A DNA stretch of 64,000 nucleotides from Octopus vulgaris (taxonomy: Eukaryota), in NCBI GenBank assembly GCA_951406725.2, contig OX597826.1, positions 10,540,001-10,604,000 on the forward strand, read 5' to 3'. Below are positions 54,627 through 64,000 of this stretch, one piece after another (the first letter of the stretch is position 1; each line of letters starts with the position of its first letter). The position numbers and the translations under genes are program-made. The notes below the pieces were generated by a model. It saw nothing but the letters and a program-made list of their open reading frames with translations. It did not search any database and was not told where the DNA came from.

Positions 54627-55800
54627 TATATTCATACATACACACATACATATATGTAATCATGTAAACATGTGTATATATATACATACATACACACATA
54701 TATACATACATATTACATCTGCACGCAAGTGAAATGGTGCATTACTTAAAGCAAGAGAATGATTGATAGAGTTGAGGTTACTGAAATTTTTAACTAAAAT
54801 CCACGGGTAAAAACTAAACTATTTGATAGACTTAAGGAACCATCTGCTGTCTTCTTTCAGGATAATACAACCTAAATTGCCTTAGCTTTCCCCCAGCTGA
54901 ATGCAGGCTAGGCTCTTGCTGGAATTAACTCAGGGACTTATTTCAGAAGAACTAACATATTAACATGAATATATATATTAAAAAAAGAAAAACCTTTAAA
55001 AAAAAGAACATTATTTTCCTTCTTTCTCCCACCCCCCAACCAAAAAAAAAAAGAAAGAAAACCAAAACAAAAGCAAGAAAAGAAAAAGCATCTATATATA
55101 CATGCATTTATCGTACATTTGTATTTGTCTGTTTTTGATTTTTTTTTTTAATCCATCTATTTATTTATTTCGTGTAGTGCCTGTGTGACTGCACAAATAT
55201 CTCCATTTTACAGAATGTATATTTTTAATTATATCAGTATATTTTGTTCTTTTTTTACACCTTTCGTCATTGGTTAAACAATTTACTACATCAAAAGTGA
55301 TTTATATTTTCCCTTTTATTCTTGATTATTTTTTTTCTTTTCTCTACTTTTTTTTTTTTACAAAACAGCACATGTCAGGTGAAAGATATTTTTTTTTTAT
55401 GTATGTGTACCTTTAAAAGATTCATGGCTGGTCAAAAATTGATCAGGTGTCAAGTAACCAACCAAAGGGTTTCCAGGTTTGTATGGTGCCACTAGGCACT
55501 TAACACTTACCGGCTTAATCCACCTAACTATCAATAACTGGTATGAGTAGGTACAGCCTTACCACTGTATGCAAAGGAAGTACTGTAATAATTACAAGTG
55601 TTTCATTAACTTTTATAACTGAGTTAATATTCTTTCTGGATGGGCTTGGCAGGCTGTCTTGCTTTAGTTACACTCAATGGAGAAAAAATCTTCAGATGGT
55701 ACCCCCACATCCCAATTGTTTTTTTGACTCACTCACTTTTGAGAGATTATATTTGAATGTATCTATACATAAATGTGTGTAAATACAAGCATGTCTATGA
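51872..55800 (+). other. Probable long AU-rich 3' UTR / transposon-depleted region of the HMBOX1-like gene
   Basis: Follows the stop codon; A/T tracts and microsatellites only, with no recognisable SINE or MITE; AATAAA at 53305. The true end is unknown. Confidence 0.45.
54236..54712. repeat. (TA)n/(TACA) compound microsatellite, ~480 bp
   Basis: Visible directly; source of the poly-YI pseudo-ORFs. Confidence 0.95.
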
Positions 55801-56446
55801 GGAATAAGTAAGCTATTATTGGGAAATACTGAGGTGGTGAACTGGCAGAATCATTACTCTGCTGGAAGAAAATGCTTAGCGGTATTTCTTCCAGCTCTTT
55901 GCATTCTGAGTTCAAATGCTACTGAGGTAAATTTTACTTTTCATCCTTTCAGGGTTGATAAAATAAGTTACCAACTGAGTATCGGTGGGGATCAATGTAA
56001 TTAACATATTCATTCCTTAAAATTGTTGGCCCTATGCCAAAATTAGAATTATTTGGGAATACTGAATACTTTTCACACCAGACAAAAAAAAGCATCTCAT
56101 CAAAAACATTATGCATGAACTATGATAGCTATTTTGGTTCAGGTTCTATGAGAAGACACTAGGGTTGCTGCAAAATATAGTGATGGATAAGCTAATAATA
56201 TCCCAATGCATTTTGAGTTGTGTGTTTAATTTTGTATTCTGAGTTTAATTATTTGCCTTTGACATATTCTATCACGTAGGGGATTCCTAGTATTTGCAGG
56301 TATTAAGGCAATCTTGATATGGAATTATAGAGGAATTTTGGTTAAACAATGTTATGGCTAAGATAAAATTTCTGAAAATTTTTTTATGGTGTCTAATGGA
56401 TTTAGCACTGCCAAGTCTTTGAAAGGCAGGTTTATGATTTGTTTAA

Positions 56447-56659
56447 CCCTTTAGCATTTAAACTGGCCATAACTGGCCTGAATATTCTACCAGTTTTATG
56501 TTCAAACTGTCAAAGTCTTCTCTTGACCCTACAATGTCATTCTAAAAATATACAATCACTTCATTGAAATCTCAGAGTTACAAGATACTGCATGATTAAT
56601 TCAAAACTATGTGAATTAAAAAGTATACAAAATTTGATGGTAATCTTAATGCTAAAGGG
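56447..56659. mobile_element. piggyBac-type MITE P2
   Basis: TTAA|CCCTTTAGCATT...AATGCTAAAGGG|TTAA. Confidence 0.88.
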
Positions 56660-58109
56660 TTAATATCTTGCTAAATCTAATTTTACGGAAGAGAAATAAA
56701 AGAAAATTGATACTGTATTGTAACATTATATAATAGGGGCCATTTTATGTAGCGGCTCTGTGACTTTGAATGTATTTCTAGGATTCCCTAAGAGTAAAAT
56801 ATTTGAAAAATGCTAGTTAAGAACTATTAGAACAATGACTATATAATCATTAATTAAAAATCTTTTAAGCCAAGGAACTTAATTTTGCCTGCTCCCATTT
56901 GTGTGACCAACAAAATACGGGTACGGAATTTTGCCATTGAGTGCTCAGCAATGGGAAAAAGGGTTAGCTTTAAAAAGTAACCACCCCAGTAAAACATCCT
57001 CCCACCTGTGTTTATGTAAGAGATATTATCTAAGAATGAATACTGCAGTAGTTTTGGCTTTCTGTGTTGTGCCTGCTTTGGGTATGATACACAGATTGCT
57101 GTTATAAAATAAAATTAATAATAATATGTTATAAATATCTTCATTTTAGAATAGCATGATAGTTCGCTTGTAGCTTCTTGATATAAGTAAATTATTTAAA
57201 AATAATATGAAGGGAGCTACTTACAATGTAGCAAAGAGAGAATTAATTGATTTAAAAAAAAATTTTTTATGTATTTTGAGTGAATCATCTGACTTCAGAG
57301 ATAAAGCAGTTAATGAATTATTAGAAACCCCAAGATCACTATGGCAATCTCTGATTTATAATTGATTGTTTTTTGTCTGTAGATGTGTGATTCACTCATA
57401 CATAAAGAATTAATGAGCCATTCTCTGTTTGCATTGTAAGAAGCTCACCAACCCCTGCATCTCCATCTTCATTTCTAAAATTATTCAGGTAATTCACAAC
57501 TCTGTTATCTCCACCTATTTACAATACCATAGAAGTCTTGTAAATATCTGTTACCATAGCAACATGATTTGTGTCACTCCGAATTGTAAATGGACAGGTA
57601 TAACTATTAGGCATATCATAGTGTATTATTTGGATATTGTGATGATGATTTAAGATATTATTTTGTTTAAGGATGTGAGTAGAGAATGATGGAAGCCTAT
57701 AGAAATAGTGTATTTGAAAAGTATTATTAAACAAATTTATTTGCTGGGTAATAATTTGTGCCTTAGAGTAGTAGGAAGGTAAATTCCCTGACAGCTGAAA
57801 CCACAATCCAGTTTTCATTACCATTCGTAACCATTGTTAAATATCTGGAAAAACTATCCAAGATGGGATTCTTTTCTCTATATTCTAAACAGTTTTGATA
57901 TTTTAACATTTATTGTTTGCTTTTCAAAAGCAGTGGGGTGGCAGGACCGTTAGCACACCAGACAAAATGCTTTGCAGCAGTCTGTCCATTCTGAGATCAA
58001 ATTCCATAGAAGTTGACTTTACCTTTCATCCTTTCAGGGGTCAATAAAATAAGTACCAGTTGGACACTGGGGTTAATATAATCGACTTACCCCACTCTCC
58101 CAAACTTGC

Positions 58110-58141
<32 letters not shown>

Positions 58142-59454
58142 TTTATCATTGTCAAGGCAGCAAGCTAGCAGAATCATTAGCACACCAGACACAAATGCTT
58201 AGCGACATTTCAACTGTCTTTACATTCTGAGCTCAAATTCCACCAAGGTTTGACTTTGCCTTCCATCCTTTCGGGGTCAATAAATTAAGTATTAGTCAAG
58301 CACTGGGGTTGATGTAATTTACCCAAAATCCCCACCCCCCCAATTTTCCGGCCTTGTGCTTATAGCAGAAATGATTATTGTTAGTCTCATTTGATATTAT
58401 ATATAAAAAAAAGTGTTATCTGATTACTTTTCCTAATTGATGGCATCCATATGGTTAGTCCCTATATCTGGTCAGGGCTTTTTAGGTAATAGTTTGTAGG
58501 AAAGCTACACTTTGGTGGCAAACCACTGTATGATAGCTATTCATATTGAGCTGGAAAGATCAATCAGAATTATCAGATAAAGATAACTACTAATTAAATA
58601 TATATGATCTTTAAGTGCCTAGTCGGTAAATGAGATTTAGAGAATTAAATAGGTTTTGGACCCCTCACATATTCAGAAACACATGATCATACACATATGC
58701 ATGCTTACATATTAATATATTAACATGATTTCTAGAAGAGCAAATAAACATGTTCTGTCTGTCTCTCTCGCTCTCTCTGTCTCTCTCACACACACATACA
58801 CACACACTGTCTGGATGCCTATGTTGATGTTTAATTTAAATACCATAGTATATTTATAGCTATTTCAGAATTACTGTTCAGTAATGTTTTGTCACTTAAC
58901 ACTGTAATGAATATTTGATGTGGTACCTCTATGCAGACAGCTTCTGTTAAACATCAGCAAAAAATATAAAAATGATGTAAAGAAAAAAGAAAAATTAGTG
59001 AGTAGGAAATTTTTTTTTATATATAGTTTAATAAACTACATATTTACAAATAACTTGTCCAAGACAGAAATTATATACCATTTAACCCAGAAATTGAACT
59101 ATTATACATACATATATATATTTATATACACACACACATAACATATAAACATGTCATGTAGTAAGAATATTTTCTTTTATTCCTATAATTCTAGCTCCAA
59201 AGTTTACATACCATAGATATCCCTGAAAATCATGATGTATGTATTTCTATTGTATTCCTGACCTTTCTGAAATCATCAAACTCAAGCTTGTGTAAACATG
59301 TGTGCATGCTGGGTGTTTAAGATGTTCACTTTGCAATCATGAAATACCTGGAATGATCCCATGGCATGGTACCTTGGATAACTGTTCATTGTCTTCTGTG
59401 GCGTCGATTTGATCCATGCCTTGAGAATACTGAACTTAGGCAGACAGAAACTAT

Positions 59455-59705
59455 ATGTAAAGGTAAAGTTACGTTCCCGAGTCATGTTGACTTGTAAGGG
59501 CCGGTTTCCATGGCGTGTAAATTTCCCACCAAGACGGGATGCTGCTCCTTCACTGGATTACACATTTTGCCAGCTGAGTGGACTGGAGCAATGTGAAATG
59601 AAGTGTTTTACTCAAGAACACAACACATTACCTGGTCCAAGAATTGAAACCACAATCTTACGATCAATAGTCCAACACCTTAACCATTAAGCCATGCACC
59701 TCTAC
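59455..59705 (-). mobile_element. SINE family C, tail type 3
   Basis: Family C head and body with a different tail; TSD cagacagaaactat at ~59441 and ~59705. Confidence 0.78.
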
Positions 59706-60550
59706 AGACAGAAACTATGCGAGAAATCCACAGGTTGGTCGGTACCAGTCTTAATTCAAATGACCTAACTTTGTCATACTGTATTGCACTGAGTCTCCTT
59801 CAGGATTACTTTAAAGCTACAAATGTCTGTGGAGTTCTCAACCACTTAAGCTTTCAATCAACAGGTAGTTCATTTGATTAAGAAACTGGAATGTCCTATG
59901 TTAGCATATATATTTGTGTAGATGTTTGTATGTATATAAATAGATACATGATCATGAGCCTCAGGACTCATCAGGCCAGTTCGCTATTCCCATGACGTGT
60001 AAGAGACTGAGCTTACATTATCCCCCATGAACAGGACACCACTCTGTCGTCACAGGGTTGCTCATTTACAGCTGAGTGGACTGGGGATTAGTGAAATAAA
60101 GTGTTTTGCTCAAAAACACAATGCATTCATTACTCAGTCTGGGGGAATCAAAGCCATGGTCTGATGATCACAAATACAACACCCAATACCCAACAACTAG
60201 ACCACTCACCTTCATAAGTATCATGGTGTGTATATAAATATTTGTGAGAGCATTGTAGAATGATGGTGGTTAGCTTTTGTTTCCTTGTCTCAATTTGTCC
60301 TTACTTTTGTCCTACATTATTCTCTGCTGCCAGCTAGATGGAACAGAGAGCTTCAGTGCCTTACATTTATTATAGTATAGTGCTAGTAAGAATATATATG
60401 AACTTACAAGATTTTGTTTGGAAGCTTTTGTGATTATTTCATCTGTCGTTGTACTTTTCTTCTACGTGTACACGTACATGCATTCATCTTCTTGCATACA
60501 TGTATGTATATATATATGTGTGTATATGCATGTATGTAGGTATGTATATA

Positions 60551-60692
60551 CGAGGGAGTGCTGAACAGTTCCTGGTTTTAAGGGTATTGCAAAGGGCCTG
60601 GTTGGAAGCCCAACTTTCCAAGTTCTTTTACAAGACCACCGCAATCCTCCTGTATTTTCTTTTATCCAAGGCCTGGAACTTTTCAGTGACCC

Positions 60693-60695
<3 letters not shown>
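60551..60695. mobile_element. Short degenerate mariner-type MITE
   Basis: TA|CGAGGGAGTGCTGAACAGTTCC ... GGAACTTTTCAGTGACCC imperfect TIRs. Confidence 0.55.
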
Positions 60696-60727
<32 letters not shown>

Positions 60728-60735
<8 letters not shown>

Positions 60736-61100
60736 TAGAAAAAACCACCTTTTATCAATTCTTCAATAAGGAAAAATTAAATTATACCATTTAGAAAAAT
60801 TACATCTTATAACAATGATTAAGTAATGTGCAAAATAATAAATAAAATGTATGTATCTGGTATTTTATTTATTATTTTGCACATTACTCAATAATTGTTA
60901 TATGTTTTATCTTATATTTAATCTTTCTATAAGATGTAATTTTTCTAAATGGTATAATTTAATTTTTCATTATTGAATTGATAAAAGGTGGGGTTTTTTT
61001 CTAATTTATATGTATATGTATTATATTTTGTGAAATTTGATTTAGTTTTTCTAAATTGAATTTTTCCCTGTAAGTTTGGAATAATATTCCCTCATATTAT
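60728..61100. mobile_element. AT-rich nested palindrome element, related to 21700-22505
   Basis: 60728-60811 is inverted at ~60928-61010; inner arms 60822-60848 and 60864-60889; (TA)n flanks. Confidence 0.72.
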
Positions 61101-62819
61101 TATTATTATTATGATATATATATATATATATATATAGTTAGATAGATAGACACACACATACACACATTAGTATGTATAAGCATTTAAGTGTTTTTGTATG
61201 TGAGTGTGATTGGCTTTCCTAAGCTAAGGTTATACATTTGTGTCTATAGGTAGGTCTTACTTTTTATAGTCTTAAACAAAATATGTGAGAGAGATACATC
61301 CCATTTTGTGTAGGAGGACTAGTCTTTTCTCGGTTAGTTTTCCGTGTTGAGGTACAGGCACAGCAAAATATTGGTATTGAATTATGAGGTACAACAGTGA
61401 TTCAGAGGATTTCTGAAATAGAGAACACATTATCAGGTAACATACAACTCAAATAATGAGCTATATCAATCAGCATGTTTTTCACCTAATAAACTAAATT
61501 TGCGAATAGCTACTTTGCTCTTCTTCTTGTTACCATTGACGTCCCTGTGGTTACTGCCATTTCAAAAATTTTATGGTTTTTTTTTTGTTTTGTTTTAACT
61601 TCAAATGTACTGAATTAAGTGTGTATATTTTCTTTGGATTTTAGATCAGGTTTTTATAACTCAAAAATATTTTGTTTCCAAAACCTCCTAACGTGAAGTT
61701 TTCTTTGCTTTTGGTTCTGTACAATGGATGCTATAAGATCTTCTGTTGTACAGAATATATAATGATGTGAATTGCTTTATAAACTTTTAAACCCCCCTAC
61801 ACACACACATGCACACAACACATACACACACACACACATACAAAAGTAAAATGCAGTTGTTATGATTGGTCTCCAATTTCAAATGTAGAATATATCTTGT
61901 ATCTGAAATATCGTGTTTCAGAATTTCTCAGTAATTAGCTGATTTTGTATATTTTATATTTCAGATTTCAACTCAAAAATGTGCCTCTTCTCATTATTAC
62001 TTATGCTAATTAGCAATATTTTTTTTTTTTTGTTATTTATTTTAAGAACTAGACTTGATCTCAGCTCTTTAGATCCCTTTAATATTCTTGGCCGTTTTTG
62101 TCAATTTATTTCAGAACCAGGGTCGTCACTAAGCCCCTGCAACCCCTGCAGTCACAGGGGACCTATGCAATTAAGGGGCCCCATATTAAGATCAAAGTAC
62201 ATAGATGAGTCATCTATTTACTTTGGTTAAGATGTTGAACAAGAATTAAGCTATCTATGTTAACTGAAATTTTCAAGAAATAAAATGGTAATACATTTAC
62301 CTGCAGAAGTTCTTGTAAAGATATTATATTGTACCAAAAACATCCCTACCTGAATAGGCTTTGTGTACTCTAGCTCTTATTACTTACATATCTGGAAGTT
62401 TTACTTATTGAAATTTGTAATAGACCTAAATATATTTAACTTGTGGTACTTTAAAAGATGTTCTTTAGGATAAAGTGAAATATTGGACTTCAGATAGAAT
62501 AAAGTAAAATGTAGCTAGGAATAAAAGATTATGAATTTTGATTGAAGGAATGGGGGCTTAAAGCAAAAAGTTACAGGGGTCTTCTAAAAGTTACATGATG
62601 CGCTTGTTCAGAACCCACCATAATTACATCAGTTTTCTTGCTGCATTCTTTCCATAATTTCGTTTCTTTTACTATTTTCTCTATACCGTTTATCAAACAG
62701 GATGAGAATATGTTGCTTTGCCTAGGGTAAATATATTGTACTACAAGAACGTTGGAATATTTATGTTTGACAGTATAGGATCCCTGATCTCCTCAGGTAC
62801 ATTCTCTTTGTATAAACTG

Positions 62820-63135
62820 GCACTCCATCTGTTACAACAGTGAGGGTCCCAGTTGATCTGACCAACAGAACAGCCTGGCTCATGAAATTAATGTGCAAGT
62901 GGCAGAGCACTCCACAGACATGCTTACCCTTAACATAGTTCTCAGGGAGATTCAGCGTGACACAGGATGTGACAAGGCTGGTCGTTTGAAACTCAGGTAC
63001 AACTCATATTTGTCAGCTGAGTAGACTGGAGCAACGTGAAATAAAGTATCTTGTTTAATGCACCACCAGGTATTGAACTCATGACCTTACAGTTGTGAGC
63101 CAAATACCCTTAACCACTAAGTCACATGCCTTCAA
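62820..63135 (-). mobile_element. SINE family C, tail type 2
   Basis: Matches 34180-34478. Confidence 0.78.
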
Positions 63136-63517
63136 CCCCCTGTGTATATCTGTGCTTATATATATCTACATGTGTGTGTATATGTGTATTTCTGTATCTG
63201 TATGTATATGCCATGTTACATTTCCTTCTGCTACATATTAGGGATAAACAACAATATCTGATGCTCTGTTGTGAAAGCATCGGCCACTTGTCTTTATTTT
63301 CCATTATTATCACTGACCTTCTCACAATAATTGATAGATGCATAGATAATGGATTTTTTTCTGACCTTGGGTTTTGCTGAAATTATTTTTCTCATTCTTA
63401 GAAAGAAAGAAAAAAAGATTTGTCAAAAAAAAAAATTGTATAAATTTTCTCAAAATTGTTTTTAACTAAATGATTTTTTTGTCATACTAACATAAACTTT
63501 ATTAATATTTAATACAA

Positions 63518-63740
63518 TTAGGCAGCGAGCTGGCAGAATGGTTAGCATGCCAGGCAAAATGACTAGCAGCATTTCATGTCTTTGCATTCTGGGTTCAAAT
63601 GTTGCCAAGGGTCAACTTTGCCTTTTGAACTTTTGGGGTCAATTAAATAAGTACCAGTTCAGGACTGGGAGTCGATGTAACCAACTTTACCCCTCCCTTG
63701 AAATTACTGGCCTTGTGCCAAAATTTGAAACCAATATTTA
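63518..63740 (+). mobile_element. SINE family A2 with TSD
   Basis: aatatttaatacaatt at ~63504 and ~63733 flanks the element. Confidence 0.82.
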
Positions 63741-64000
63741 ATACAATTGAATGGTGTAGGCATCAGGAATAGCAGAAGACCAAAGTAAATAACACGTTGC
63801 TCTATATAAATTTAGTGCTCTGAGTTAAAAAGCAAACCATTGACATCTTCTTTTTGTAACAGTAATATACTGAGGGTAAATTTATTTTAGGCACTTCTGT
63901 ATGCTCATTAAATACCAAAAATATTATATATATATGTGTGTGTATATAATCAAAAGAATGTTATATATTAATGTACATCTATATATTTGTAGTTACATAG

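Noticed and set aside
54133-54732. Long YI-repeat ORFs on both strands
   Set aside because: (TA)n microsatellite lacking stop codons.
59955-59980. Minus-strand CTGATGAGTCC motif
   Set aside because: No GAAA follows; it lies in a SINE C tail.

Overview
Eukaryotic, AT-rich, microsatellite- and SINE-dense animal DNA. The repeat families look to me like those of Octopus (coleoid cephalopod); this is recognition from memory, not a database result. Almost all listed ORFs are microsatellite or SINE artefacts. The window holds one real protein-coding gene on the + strand, an HMBOX1/HOT1-type HNF-class homeobox gene. It has six phase-consistent GT-AG coding exons (10091-10809, 35179-35264, 38324-38458, 43048-43245, 48826-48921, 51567-51871; 512 aa from ATG 10091), a 24.4-kb intron, and a recognition helix that diverges from the vertebrate protein (IVSNWFNN vs KVYNWFAN). 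Introns and flanks contain at least five tRNA-derived or modular SINE families, TTAA-flanked piggyBac-type MITEs, mariner derivatives, non-autonomous Helitrons, and CR1 and R4/Dong-like LINE relics. The most unusual signal is a set of foldback or (TA)n-embedded elements carrying hammerhead-ribozyme cores in the sense orientation of the pre-mRNA (21447-21505, 24441-24475, more weakly 51200-51241). Repeat boundaries are approximate unless a TSD or terminus is given.
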